From Gordius albopunctatus (taxonomy: Eukaryota), in assembly GCA_964276515.1 (NCBI GenBank), contig OZ193910.1:3534001-3598000 (forward strand): DNA of 64,000 nucleotides, read 5' to 3'. Below the pieces are notes generated by a model, which worked only from the letters and a program-made list of their open reading frames with translations, was not told where the DNA came from and searched no databases. Within the stretch, counting starts at the first letter, position 1, and each line of letters starts with the position of its first letter. Positions 48,081 to 63,027 of this stretch are shown piece after piece. Made by a program: the position numbers and the translations under genes.

Positions 48081-48949
48081 ATGCCACGTCCAGATTTGAA
48101 TGTCACACCCGATACCATTCAACCTCAAAGTACGAGACAAAAGGATTGGGATTCTGGACTAGTATCGCGCTCCGTTTATTACCTTTTATCGAGCAGCGAT
48201 GATAGCCAGCATTACAACCTTAGGTCCCTCGTTTTTGATGGTTCCGGTCACGAGTGGCCCTAAATATTGCCTAACCTATGCCACGAATATTTACAATTAA
48301 TTTATCGGAAATGAAACAAGGATAATTTGGCGTTAAAAAAGTTTAAAAAATAAATACCACACAGTATTATTTGGGACAAGCCCCTAAGTCAGTCCCTAGC
48401 GAAAGAATATTCTCGTTCTCTGTCAATACGCTGACTAATAAAATAAATAAATTGTCGTCTGCTAATTTGAAATATAGAGTATGTTTAAATAGCTGGAATA
48501 CTCTGTAAATAATTTAATTAGTTTATATGGTTATATTCTCACTGTTAATATTTTTTTTAAATAAAATGTCTGTTGTGCTTTAACTTATTACAGATAAAAA
48601 TAATTTATAATTTGTGTAAAAATTACAAGGGCTTAAGAACATTATATTTTTGTAGAGGCATAACAGAAACACATACTGATAAAATTTATTTGATATTGTG
48701 ACTCTCCATTCCTCTTATACCCCCCCCCCCCCCGCAAAAAAAAATTATGTTCACCCCTGGATTAATTGTTATAATAAAAGTTGAATGTCCTGTCCGGTAA
48801 TCGTTTCGTATTAGCTTAGCAAAGTCTTTAATTTAATATTAGTACACTTTATAGATAGAAAGATAGCTTAGATTAACAAGTTTGACTGCACGCACAACAG
48901 CAGCAGACATCGTGTTGATGATGATGACAATAACATCTAGCTAATAAGT

Positions 48950-51130
48950 AATAACACCCCCTTAGCATATATCTAAGGGTCCATCGGGTCTCTACGGAAA
49001 AATAATAGACTAGCGAATGGTCGGTATTCAACACACCCACACTCAATGTCTTCACTAGACAAGGAGACTAACAGTGTGAGTGTGGCTCTTTTTCTTAAGA
49101 CTATAATACCCTCTCAGCACACCTAAGGGCGCGCTACTAGTCTCTAATGACTTAACTTTTTAAATTTTGCTACCCCCATGGTCAACAACCTTAGATAACT
49201 CACACCTAGGCTGACCTAAATAATTTTTCGACCAAACAAGATCATTAACATTATATTTGTACCTGTTAAATGTTTAAATTTGCTATCCAGCAAAAAAATC
49301 AGGCGGAAAACGTAAATTATGACCAAAAAATTCAACACCAACTGGCAAACGTCTAAATCTAGGCGTCATGTTATGGTATAATCGACATAACCATGTACCC
49401 TCTTTATTAGGCTGTGCCAGTTTTATACCAATTGCTACATACCTCTCAACTTGTCCATTAGAACTAGGATCATACGGCGGCGTTAAAAAATGAATTATTT
49501 TCCAATTATTACAAAAATCTCTAAAATCGACATTTGTAAACGCTTTTCCTTTATCGGTTACTATAAATTTCGGAAAACCGTAAGAGCCAATTAATTCTTT
49601 TAAAAAAATTACAGTTTATTTTAAATTCAGTCCAACCTGAAAATGCATCTACCACTAATATATATATCTCTTTTTATTAAATTCAAAAAAAATCAACACG
49701 AATTCTACTCCAGGGATGATCTGCACGAGGGCATCGCGCCTTCTTATCCCTACGTGGCATGGCTGCCTTTAATTTACACATAGCACACTGCCGAACATAG
49801 ATTTCAACGTCCCTTGTAATCTTGGGCCACCAGACATATAGCCTCGCGAGCTCCTTCATTTTTACTATACCTGCATGCCCTTCATGCAAAATACTTAAAA
49901 TCTTACTACGCAGCTCAAAAGGAATTACCAGCTTATCATTGCGTTTAACTAAATTATCTTCAATATATAGTTCCTTAATCACATGTTTAAAATCTACAGG
50001 AACATTTTGAATTTGTTTAATATTTGCTAATTCAGAATTATTTTCTGTACTTTTGCCAATATCGTCAAGATCAGGGACTATCATTATTTGTAACAGATAT
50101 CTCTTTAGTTATATTATTCGCACTCATTCGTGATAAAACATCAGCCAAATGATTACTTTTACCTTCTCTATATATTAAAGTTAATGAAAAATTACCAAGA
50201 GTTAATAATCATTTCTGAAGTCGAGGCGAAATTAAAAATTCCATATTAATTTTCTCAAATAAAGCTACCAATGGCTTATGATCGGTATACAATGTAAATG
50301 ATTTACCAATTAAATATTCTCGACATCGTTTAAAACAAACCATCGCCAGAGCTTCTTTCGCTATGACTGAATGAATTAAGTTCAGCCTTAGTAAGCTCGC
50401 GAGAAAAATAAATGACAGGATGCTCTATTTCATCTTCTATCTGACATAAAGCACCACCAATACCCGTATTGGATGCATCAACTTTTTAAATATGCTCTTT
50501 ATCAGGATCAAAACATTTGTAGAGTTGCATCCATTACCTTACTACTTCGCGACGTTAATTGACTTATTCAATTAATCCGCGATTATAGAAAGTAGTTTAA
50601 AACACTTACCAATTTGCGAACTCTTTTCGTTTCCCTTTTTTATTAGTATTAAATAAAGTAAATTCTTAATTTAAGTTGTATACATTGCTCCACAGGGAAC
50701 ATAGAACTTAAGCGTACATTACACATCGTCAGTTATCCTCTACAAAGAGGACCAGAATAATTTGTATAATTTTCAATAAATTTACTGTAATAATTCATTA
50801 ATCCTAAAAACAATGCAAGTTCTTTTTTATCTACTGGTCTATTTATATTTTTTATCTTTTTCAAATTAGGTTTAACAAAACCGTCTCCTATTGTCCTATT
50901 ACATGAACCAAATAAATTACCTGGTCAGTACCAAAATTACATTTCTTAGCAGAAACTCGCAAATTTTTAATTTTAATTAATCGTAATACCTTCTGTATAC
51001 CTAAATCATGTTCGTCCTGATTTGAACCCGTAACTAATATATCGTCCAAATAAAAAAATACACCATCTATAGATGTTCGAGGCTTAATATTCTTCGATAT
51101 GTGAATCATCAATTTATTTCTATTCAATAA
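48950..51130 (-). mobile_element. Decayed Ty3/Gypsy pol (RT, RNase H, integrase)
   Basis: YLDDILV (50888-51151), DASNTGIGGAL (~50440-50480), LHEGHAGIVKMKELARLYVWWP...C..C (49683-50084), in RT-RH-IN order. Possible polypurine tract and LTR start near 48956. Confidence 0.85.
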
Positions 51131-51927
51131 TACGATAACAATATAATTCACATAAAATTCTTCAGGTATATAATGATATCCAATATTTTTATATCTTTTT
51201 TATATATGTTTGTTTCCAAATTAATAGTCATCATGATTTTTTACAATAAGCGCATCTCTTTTTGGTACAAGAGTATTTGTATCTTTCTGGATCGTGCTTT
51301 AGTCATTGATAGTTAGAGACCTGCACGGGCGGCCCGAGGCCCGATGTAAGGTTGTGTTTGTACGCTAAGATGGAAATGCCCTTATACATGTCAATCACAT
51401 TCAATTGACAGATAAACTTTGCAATTTCGACATGCGTCACATGACATCCATATAATTCAGTTTCATATAGAAAATTTTAGGCTATATAGTTAAATTAAAT
51501 TTTAATAATTATAACTGCAAATGTATACTTAATTTTGATGTTTTCTATTTAATTGTACTTAATATTTCTCTGTTCATCCATATAATTCAGTTTCATATAG
51601 AAAAAATAATAATTTAGGCTATATTACATTAAATTTTACTAATTATAACTACAAATGTATACTTAATTTTTATGTTTTCTACTTGATTTTACTTAATCTT
51701 TAAATTTGTATGTTTTCTGTTTCAATTCACTTAAAAAATATCTGTTTTATCTTTAAATTTCTGTTTTATGTTTGGATATACTTAATATATATCTGTTTTA
51801 TGTTTAATTTTATAGATCCTATCATTTGGTGGAAATAAATTTATTATTTTTAATCATATAAGTTTATTATAAAACAAATTTTCATTTTTTAAGATGAAAA
51901 AGGCAAATTTTCTTTTGTAGGCTCTTT

Positions 51928-52361
51928 CATGGGCGTAGCCAGCTTTCGGATCAGGGGGGGGCGAGCAAAAAAAATCGGCGAGACTAAGTGAGAGCAAAAA
52001 AAAGGTCGCCAAGACCTTTTTTTGGTATTTAACGTTAGTAATTAAAATATTTTGCTATTCTTTGGCCTCAACCCACATAAAAACTCATTATTAATCAACA
52101 GTACAGTGTACAGAGGATATGTAAACGATGTATGAAGGAACTAACACAAACGCAACTACTAATCTCAATATTTAATTCTTATATAATTTAAATTTGTGTC
52201 AAAAGGTCGTGAAATAAAATTTTCAACATAAAACTTAATTTCAATCAGGGGGGGGCGAAACACTAATTTTTTCCAATTTTTACATAAATTTACATTAAAA
52301 ATTAGAAAAATTCTCATTCAGGGGGGGGGGGCGGCCGCCGCCCCCCCTGCCTACGCCCATG
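51928..52361. mobile_element. hAT-type MITE
   Basis: CATGGGCGTAG...CTACGCCCATG with 8-bp TSD GGCTCTTT. Confidence 0.88.
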
Positions 52362-52454
52362 GGCTCTTTGATTTATGTCAAATGTTCCAGGCCTCTATAT
52401 ATTTAAGAATATCTAAACATTAGCATCAAAATCATATTTAGCCATTTAAAAAAA

Positions 52455-53120
52455 TAATTGAGCTTAAATATGATATAGTGACTAATACAATTAAGTTATT
52501 GAAGTTATGAGTTGTGTTTTATTTATAAAGTTTCATGGTCTAATCTACTGGGAAAAAGGATATCTAAGAATAATAGAGCTTAAATAGGATATATTAAATA
52601 ATACTTTTGAGATATTGAAGTTAGGAGTTTAGTTGCAAAGTAGAGCCACTACTATCTTGAAAAAAAGAATAACTAAAACAATAATGGAGCTTAAATATTA
52701 TATAGTACATAATAATATTGAGATATTGAAGTTATAAGTTAAGTGAATACTATGCAATGTTTGATGTACTATTATCTGAGTATAATAATATCTAAAAAAT
52801 AAATGATATTCAATATTATATAGTATATGATACTATTGAGATATTGAAACTATAAGTTAAGTAGATATTTTCCAAAGTTCGGTGTACTATTATCTTAGTA
52901 TAATAATATCTAAAAAATAGATGATATTAAACATTTTTTTTATAGTATATAATACTATTGAGATATTGAAGTTATAAGTTAAGTAGATACTTTGCCATGT
53001 TTGATGTACTAATAAAGAATACCTAAAAAATAAATGAGCTTAAATATTAAATAAAATACTATTGAGATATCGAAGTTTTAAGTTAAGTGGTTACTTTGCA
53101 AAGCTTAGTGCACTAATATC
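52455..53120. repeat. Diverged tandem repeat, ~110-120-bp unit
   Basis: Recurring gagcttaaata...attgagatattgaagttataagtt. Confidence 0.75.
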
Positions 53121-55059
53121 GTGGACAAAAGTGGATTTCAATAATGAATGCTTTGCGATAGAAAAATGGGATAGTAGCCCTATCAAAAATCGCTTTACTC
53201 CACGTGTTATAAACATTCACACTAATCAAATCGTATTTATCACATATAATTTTAACCAATCAAATTGAGGTGCACAAATATCCTGGCGTATTTTTAATAA
53301 AATTTTGAGGCTCTAAAATTCCGGGTCGGGCCTAATTCATAAATAATAGGCCCGGTGTAATCATCTGAAACGTCGACATTTAAAAAACGACGACGCTCAA
53401 TTGAACATTTCTATTGGTTAATATGGCATAATAACTAGTTATATTCCATATCACGTGATCTTCCTAGAAGGACAATTGGTTAGTTTTGGCACAAAATCAT
53501 CTATTTTTTGAAGACACTAAAATGACGACACAAGACTTTTAAAATAATACTAGTAATTACTAAGAATTCTTATCTTAATTATGAATTAGATTAAGAAAAT
53601 GGCCAACTGAGTCAGATTACAACTTATCAAAGTTGATATTTGAGTACATAATCAAATCTTTTTTTCATACCATATGTATTTGGCATATTAATTTATATAA
53701 TAATTTATATTAGATCACAAGAATTCATACTTTTAAGATAGTCATTTGAGCTAAATTACAATTTAATAAATTATCAAACTTGATTAGTATTAATCAAATC
53801 TTTTTTAAATAATATGTATTTGTAAATTGCAAATTAATTCATATAATAATTTATATTAGATGAAAATAATTCAGACTTTAAAAATATCTATTTGACTCAG
53901 ATTACAATTTAAACAAAATAACAATCTTGATATTTGAGTATATAATCAAATCTTTTTATGCCATACGCATTCTAAAAACTTTACCTAAATTGTATGAATT
54001 ATTGTTAAATTATGGAGTTTAAAGTCAAGTATATGTATTTTATTCCATTTAATATCTCTAATTTTATATAAAAATGCACATAATCACTTATAAAGCTTAT
54101 TAAAAATAATTTCATAATAATTTTAGCTTATAATTAAAATTAGCTAAAGTTATAAACTTTACATTAGGTATGTATTATATATATTTATTTTAAGCCTATA
54201 AACAATAGTAATAATTAAAAGGATAGGCCGGTAAAATCCCTTCGGGTCAAATTTTTCGAAGCGACAAATTTCAAATTGAACAGCTGTAAGTTTATCTGAT
54301 GTGTTTAGGGCAAAATTACTTACAATATTTTTAACTACATTTAAAGTATGCATTTTAAATACTTTACAATTGTGTCTTATTAATATTTAAATTTATTTAT
54401 TATATTTTTAATTTGTTTTATGATTACTATACATTTAAGATGCTTACTAGAAAGTATGATCTTCATAAAACTTTTTGATAACTCTAATTGCAGTGAGTTA
54501 TGCCTTTTTACTGCATAGCCTATCCTTTAATAATGTGTAATTCATTTTCAGGCAACCCAGCCAAACTTCACAAGATTACACTCTTTCTAAGCATTAGAAG
54601 TGAATTAGAAGCAAAGGAAAAGTTATTAAAGTCCAATCAAAAAACAAATTCTCAACTTCAAAAGAGTATAATAATTTAAATGTTTTTGCAACAAATTTAC
54701 ACTCTAACTTTTTTACTATTTTTTTAGAATTGCTTATTCTTTTTACAGAATTTTAAAATAAAATATATGCTTTAACATTCATTAAACTATTTATACTCAG
54801 ATTTTAAAAAACCACTTATTTTATTGATTTATTAATATTTAATTTTATTTATTATATTTATATATGTATTGCACAAACCACAGCTCCTATTCCTACTGTT
54901 ATATTTGATATGCCCATCAAATTTAAATTTACTCAAAATAAAAACCCAATTTTAGTCTTAGAGGAATATGAGTATACCCAAGCTGGAAAGACTTATAAAT
55001 CTTGTACGAGCAAATTCAATAAATCCTCAAACTATTAGAGGTACTTACAGCGAATATAC

Positions 55060-57280
55060 ACCTTCAATTTAAATATATTGTGAATTATATATTTTTTATA
55101 GAACTAGCCTCTCTACCTTCCATGACAATTGATAACAATATCTCAAATAATATTATATCTTTTTCAAGTAAAAATATATAAAATATATTTAATTTTTAAT
55201 AAAGGGCCAATAAACATACTGACTGAATCAACACTTGATAACGTTACTCCTACATCAAGTAAAGTTTATTATTTAAAGGATTTAATATATAAATATAAGG
55301 TTCTCTTGAAGATGCTCAAATATTATTGGATGCTTTCCAAATAATCCAGACAAATAACCAAAGTAATATTCTTTTAATGTAAATTATATCACAGTTTTTA
55401 GTCAATGCTCCCAAGTTTTTTGGGGAATATGAAAAAATAATCACTAACATTGCATTAAAAAATGCGGTTCTGGATGACCCTAAAGAAAGGATAAGCAAGA
55501 TATATTACAAAGTCATAGCGGAGAGGCTGAGGGACAATCCTGACCTCAGGGACCATCCCGAAGCCACCCCACTGTTAATGTTGCCCCCAACATTTTACTC
55601 AAGTATTTACATTTTTATAATATATCCGTAACGTTGTTTTTAGATTTATACAATTCATTCTTATTACCGGGAGCACATGGTTCCGGTAGTATATACATTT
55701 CTGCCTGATAAAACCGAAGATACTTATAAGAAAGTGTCAGCTAGTTTTCGCCCCAAACTATGCACAGGTTGATTTTGAACGGGCAAGCATCGGGGCCTTG
55801 GAAGCCTGTTTCCCTAATATTATTATAAAGGGTAAAATTTAATGTTTTGTTTATATAATTTTTAGGTTACTTGTTTCATTTTGGCCAGGCGATCTGTCGA
55901 CACGCTGGGTCTGGCAAAATGAACACTCTTTATTCATCAAACGCTGATTTTAAGCGCAGCGTTCGTCGTCTTTTAGCATTACCATTTGTGAAGAGAGGGC
56001 ACATCAGCGATGTCATGACCCATTGCATGGTCCAGCCCAATGTGCGCGGCGATAGAGAAATTGAGAATTTTTTTTGTACATCCACAATACCTGGGTTGGG
56101 CTTGAGAGAGACCCCTTGTTACCCTATGATATGTGGCAACGGCTTGATGCAGAGGGGCCCTGTACCAACAACCACTTGGAAGGGTTTCATAATGCTCTTA
56201 GAATTGGGCTTAAACAAACCCACCCTACTATTTATGTGTTTGTTGATTTCCTGCAAGAAAAAACTAATGTTGATTTACTACACATCTCTCAGGGCAAGAG
56301 TGTGTATGAAACAAATAAAAAATACGCTTCTATAAATTATAATATAAATCGTCTTATAGCTCAATATACAAATGTATCTAACCCTATGCCCCTATTTCCA
56401 TATGTTGATGCCATCTCTAATTATATGCACCTACAAATTATTAAACGTTTCAATTTCACGCTCTAAAAAATCTTTTGCCCATATGACCCATGTCAAAATG
56501 ATAATTTGAATTACTTTTACTGATATTACAAGCTCAAACATATAAATAGTTTGGAACGGCTTAAATATATTGGCTAGATGCTAATAATTTATGATGTAAA
56601 TACTCTTTATTTTTAAATGTAACGATAGTATGTGTAACTGTATTAAGCTTATTTTACTTATACTATATTGTAAATTAAACACATTAGTGATAATATTTAT
56701 TCATTATATATATATAATTAACTATTATTATACATATGTTAGTTATATAAAATAAATGTTATATCAGGTATAAAATGCACTAGTGATAATATTTATTCAT
56801 TTTATATATATCATTAACTATTATTATGTTATTTAAACCCCATAGATATTACAACAGATAGAATATTTATTCATTTTATATATATCATTATTATTATCTG
56901 TTATTTAAATCCCATAGATATTACAACAGATAGAATATGCTCAAGTGGTAATATCTATTCATTTTATATATATCATTAACTATTGTTATATGTTAGTTAA
57001 ATAAGATACATGTTACAACAGATATAAAATGTATCATGTTTTATAGCATTACTTTAGCTTTACATATGATATATACACACATTACACCAATTGATAATAA
57101 TACATGTTCTATAATTATTAACTATTATCACTATTAACAATTAAATCTAATATATTTAATACTATATAATTAAAATATATTATAATATCCATATGTTTAT
57201 ATATACACATTAAATATTTCATATGATCCGAATTTCTGATTCATGCATACAAAAATTTTACTGGATGTACCCAAATCGGC
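55060..57280 (+). mobile_element. Second, deleted copy of the 4470-8830 MULE family
   Basis: ORFs 55129-55344, 55871-56335 and 56074-56466 are near-identical to the minus-strand ORFs of the first copy. Shared 3' AT-rich repeats. Confidence 0.88.
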
Positions 57281-58004
57281 TTATAATGATGTATGAATAT
57301 AAGCGTAAAAGAACAATCAATTAAATTAGCTTAGGTTATAAGCTTTACCAAAATTACATAAAATGCATAGTTTTATAAAAATAGATATAATGATCATCAG
57401 GTCAATGTCAAAAACACATATCAAAGGATAAGTAAATGCATAGTGTGCTAAATATGATAAATTTAATTAATCTTGTAAACCAACCATGGTTGAATTATAA
57501 CCAATACGGCCCGGAATAATTTAGAAGTAGTAGCCTAAGTAGTCTTTTATTCTGTTTAAAACAATAATTACAAAAAATTAATTAATTACAAGTTATTGAT
57601 TCATTCATTTTACGTGTTTTCTAGTATACAAAAAATTGAGTATGGAACAAAAAAATCTAATAGCTGAAAATATTCGGAAAGAATTTTATAAAGTAAAGGA
57701 AATCCACACCTACATAAAGTTAAGGATTAACGAGAAAAAATAGAAATATTGGTATGGTGGAAAGTACACCTTTGGTAGATATTCGATTCGAAATTTTGAA
57801 TCAAATCCGAATTCTTAGGTCTGAATTTCGACTCAAATATTTACCTGGTGAGATTCGAAAATCGAATTTTTAAAAAGGGATTTGAAAAATTATTTATACT
57901 TGATAGTTATTTTAAACTCGGGCCTTCGGCCCTCGTGGGAAGGGGGAAGGGGAGGAGGGGAAGGAAGGGGGAACTCATCTACACTCCGTATAAATGTATC
58001 ATAT

Positions 58005-60278
58005 TTGCTATGCAATTTATGGAAATACTTACGTGAATATTGCAAAACGAAGGTTGGAAGCACTAAATAAGTGTATATGCCAAATATCATAAAGGGGGAG
58101 AGAGGGAGCGAAGGGGAAGCTTTATGGTTAGTTAAATTCTACGGGAGTTGTATTACCAAAAAGTCATAATAGCAATGGTAGGAACAGGAACAATCATAAT
58201 AGTCAAAAAAAACGAAAAAAAAATTTTCGAATCACATTTTGGCCAAAGGTCATTTTTTTCCATTGGTCAGCAGCCAGGACACGGTAAAAGTGGATATAAA
58301 TTTATAATAGTCAAAAAAAACGAAAAAAAAGTTTTCGAATCACATTTTGGCCAATGGTTATTTTATTCCATTGGTCAGCAGCCAGCGGACGGCCAAAAAG
58401 TCATAATAGCAATGGTAGGAACAGGAATAATCATAATAGTCAAAAAAAACGGAAAAAATAATTTCGATTCACATTTTGGCCAATGGTTATTTTTTTCCAT
58501 TGGTCAGCAGCCAGGACACGGTAAAAGTGGATATAAATTCATAACAGTAAAAAAAAAACGAAAAAAAAATTTTCGAATCACATTTTGGCCAATGGTCATT
58601 TTATTCCATTGGTCAGCAGCCAGCGGACGGCCAAAAAGTCATAATAGCAATGGTAGGAACAGGAACAATCATAATATTCAAAAAAAACGAAAAAAAATTT
58701 TCGAATCACATTTTGGCCAAAGGTCATTTTTTTCCATTGGTCAGCAGCCAGGACACGGTAAAAGTGGATATAAATTTATAATAGTCAAAAAAAACGAAAA
58801 AAAAGTTTTCGAATCACATTTTGGCCAATGGTTATTTTATTCCATTGGTCAGCAGCCAGCGGACGGCCAAAAAGTCATAATAGCAATGGTAGGAACAGGA
58901 ATAATCATAATAGTCAAAAAAAACGGAAAAAATAATTTCGATTCACATTTTGGCCAATGGTTATTTTTTTCCATTGGTCAGCAGCCAGGACACGGTAAAA
59001 GTGGATATAAATTCATAACAGTAAAAAAAAAACGAAAAAAAAATTTTCGAATCACATTTTGGCCAATGGTCATTTTATTCCATTGGTCAGCAGCCAGCGG
59101 ACGGCCAAAAAGTCATAATAGCAATGGTAGGAACAGGAACAATCATAATATTCAAAAAAAACGAAAAAATAAACTCGGATACACATTTTAACCAATGGTC
59201 ATTTTTTTCATTGGTCAGCAGCCAGCGGACGGCCAAAAAGTCTTATTATCATTGATAGTAACAAGAACAATCATAAGAGTCAAAAAAAACTCCGGGATTC
59301 TAACCCAAAAACTAGATAAATTGCATAGCAATTATTAAAAAGTATAGGGTAATTATCAATGTTAACCTATTCAAAAACGAACAAAAATTTTTGATTTATT
59401 TGGCCAATGGTAATTTTTTTCAATTATCAATGTTAACTTATTCAAAAAGGAAAAACGAAAAATTAGGATTTATTTGGCCAATGTTCATTTTTTCATTGGT
59501 CAGTAGCCAGCGGACGGTCAAAAAGTCATATTATCAATGGTATTAACAAGAACAAAATATTAAATTAATTAAAAAAATAAAAATTTTGCCCTCTCCGGGA
59601 TTCGAACCCACATTAAATAGAGGCATAAGCCTTTGGAGGGGAACAGGGAACCATATAAATAGAGCCATAGGCCCTTGTAGGGGAGGCCATAGGGTAATTA
59701 TCAATGTTAAACTATTCAAAAACGAAAAATTAAAAATTTGGATTTATCTGGCCAGTGGTCATTTTTTCATTGGTCAGTAGCCTGCGGACGGTCAAAAATT
59801 CATATTATCAATGGTATTAACAAGAACAATATATTAATTTAATTTAAAAAAAAATAAAAAATTTTGTCCTCTCCGGGTCTCGAACCATCAATTTAGAACG
59901 TTCGCCGGGATTCAAACCCACATTAAATAGAGGCATAAGCCTTTGGAGGGGAACAGGGAACCATATAAATAGAGCCATAGGCCCTTGTAGGGGAGGGCAT
60001 AGGGTAATTATCAATGTTAAACTATTCAAAAACGAAAAATTAAAAATTTCGATTTATCTGGCCAGTGGTCATTTTTTCATTGGTCAGTAGCCTGCGGACG
60101 GTCAAAAAGTCATATTATCAATGGTATTAACAAGAAAAAAATATTAATTTAATTTAAAAAAAAAAAAAATTTTGTCCTCTCCGGGTCTCGAACCCGCAAC
60201 CTCCAGGTCGGGAAGCTGGTGTAAATAACTTGGTGGACGGACGGACAACCAAAAACGAGCCCATAAATTGCATAGCAA
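58005..60278 (+). repeat. Element with TTGCTATGCAATTTATGG inverted ends containing a satellite array (alternating ~108/129-bp units, 474-bp higher-order duplication)
   Basis: cattggtcagcagccag at 58261, 58369, 58498, 58607, 58735 and onward. 58215-58688 is repeated 474 bp downstream. Confidence 0.85.
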
Positions 60279-63027
60279 TTAATATACAAGACGAAAAAAT
60301 TTAAGCTGTTTTCATCTTTCCGCAAATAAGTTATTTTCCTCAATCACTAAATTTAAATTTTATAAGCATACATAAAATATATAAATAGCACTTTACATAG
60401 AATATGGGGTACTTCAAAAAAAAAATCCAATATTTTTGCTAACATTTTTTGTCAACTATTATTTCATGTTTATTATTATTTTTGTACTTATCCATTAAAC
60501 TATAAGATAAATCATTAAACTATAAATAATATATTTTGATATGCATTGACCTTATTTTAATAAGAGACTATATTAATTTAAATAATTTTGATACTGAAGA
60601 ATAAAAATAAGTTAATGGTTTGGGACCATACAAAATCATCAAATTTTCAACCTGCAATCATCGTTAAGGTTTTTGTATATATTTAACAAAGACTGACTAA
60701 AATATCGATATTTTATACTTCTTTAATATTTTATATTCAATCATTGCATTTTTATGAATAAATTCATTTATAGTGATATTTAGAAATTAAAAAACTTTAA
60801 AAATATTCGAATCAAATCTTTAAATTTTTTTGAATCGAATTCGAATCCTTATTTTAATATTCGACGTCTCGAATTTAATATTTTTTCAAACAAAATTATC
60901 GAATTTGAATCGAATACTAAAAATATTCGATTTCATTCGAAATCCAGGGGCGTTGTGGAAAGACCATAGTGGTCAATTTCTAGCGCTTAGGTCCCTTGTT
61001 TCAAGATTTTTCGACACCTGCTTCATTTGCCTAGAGTGAGAGGTGTTTTTCGTTAGCGGGCCGGGTTTATTAAGACCGAAGAACAAATTTAAACGCGGAA
61101 GTTTTTGATGCCTGTGTTTTTTGCATGCAAAATAGTTCCATTATCGATTTATAATTATATTACCTGCGTTTTATTTTTTAATTAAAAATTTTATAAAAAT
61201 TGAGTTTGATTAAATTCCTGCAATTCTAAAAATTCCGGTTTAAAGATGCTAAAATTCGGGCGCGGGCCGGGCCTTAAAAAATTGATTTTGCAGGTCTTTA
61301 TTGATAGTATACGCACGTGTTATCGACATAAGTAGGATATGAAGGAATTAACAAAAAAATAGAATTTAACATTAAGTATAAAAGGGATGAGGATTATTTG
61401 GCAAAGATCAAAGAGGAGAAGGATGATTAACAAAGATAAAAATGAAAATAGATAAAATATCAGATCTCAGAAAACCGATTAAATAATAAATTTCAGCATA
61501 TATGCTACAGAAGGAGCTGACCACTAGTGTGTCTATAGAGCTGACCACTAAGTGTGACAAACAGAGAGGAAAAAAATTACTACCATCTATGGGCGATTTT
61601 AATTTTGCGAAAATATAGTTTATTAAGGACGTGACCAAATGGTAAGTTTTGTAAATTAAAAACTATATAAGAATGCTTTTGTCTTATAAAACGGCATGAT
61701 TGCATCGTTCACAAGTCAACCCAACCATTTGACATTCATTAACAATGAGATTTAGAGCTATGTTTGCAACCTTTCGATATATATCCCAAAATATTTTTGT
61801 TAGTTGTTCATAATGAAGATAAACCAGCTTTATTCTACAAATATCGGCCTATATTAACAATTGCATATGCAAACACTGATAAGTTTTGGAAATAAGAAAC
61901 CTAATTATCATAGATTTTTCAATCCCAAAATTACATTTATTAATCGATAAACATACATTCAAAAATATTCAGAGATTTTATCTTCAAACACGACACCCCT
62001 TTTTCAATTCATAATTATAGTAATCTTTACAATTATCTTGAAAATGCTGATCTTGTTTACATATAATATAACTAACTTAATATTTTTTATCTCGATCCAT
62101 GTTTTTAAATAAATAGAGATAAAACTCAAAAATGTTCAATCCATTGCATAAGAAAGTTGGTTTTATTAATGGTGGCGGCTGATTGATAAAAAAAGTGAGA
62201 TAAAAAGGGTTGCAAATGCAACCCCTCTCCCACTTTTACTAAACCGACAAGATCGTTAATAAATAGAAACAGTGGTTGAATGTATGTAAAATTTACGATT
62301 ATGTGGTTCAAAACGTAAGCACCTAAAGCGTTTCAATTGTAATAGAATTATCTAATTACAAATATATTCTCAAAAGGGTATAATTATGATAAGTGAAACA
62401 GAATTTATAATCAAATCAAAAAAGAGCCACATTATTCATATTTATTCTGCCAAGGAAATTCAACTTAAAATCGGAAAATACAAATTAAACAATTAACTTC
62501 GGTATTCAAATTTATTAATTATTTTTAAAATTAAAAGAAAGTAATTTTAACTTTAACAGTTACTAAAATAATAATCCCAACTACACTTACAATTCCCCTA
62601 CAATTCAAATAACCATTTACGGTTACATTAAATTTTTTCCAACTAATATAAATATTTTAAAGACTTTGAAATTTGCCTTGAAATTGAACGTCACCTACAG
62701 GTTACACTGGCATGATAAAGTCAACAACATAATCCGAAACGACAACAAAACTCCTATTTTTTATGACTATCGAATATTGAAACGTTTCACTAAATAAATA
62801 TTAATTATGTACACTTTTGATAGCAGAATAACACACATTTTACATATCGAAATATCTTAAAAACATTGGAATTAAATGGGGCCAATAATTATTTAAGGAG
62901 GGGCAAAATGATCATTTTTGAAATTTTAACCGTGACTTTAATAAATTTCAACAAAATTTTGGGGCAACCGCCCCCCCCCCCCGCCCGCCTAACCCCATGT
63001 ATAGATATGCCAAACAAGTTAAAATAA

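Larger units (their letters stand above)
51314..61300. mobile_element. hAT-type element expanded to ~10 kb by nested insertions
   Basis: Ends TAGAGACCTGCA...TGCAGGTCTTTA and exact 8-bp TSD TTGATAGT (51306-51313, 61301-61308). GGCCCG subterminal repeats at both ends. Confidence 0.85.

Noticed and set aside
58148..59191. 347-aa ORF as a real protein gene
   Set aside because: It translates a tandem repeat, changes repeat frame internally, starts at TTG and shows no recognisable domain.
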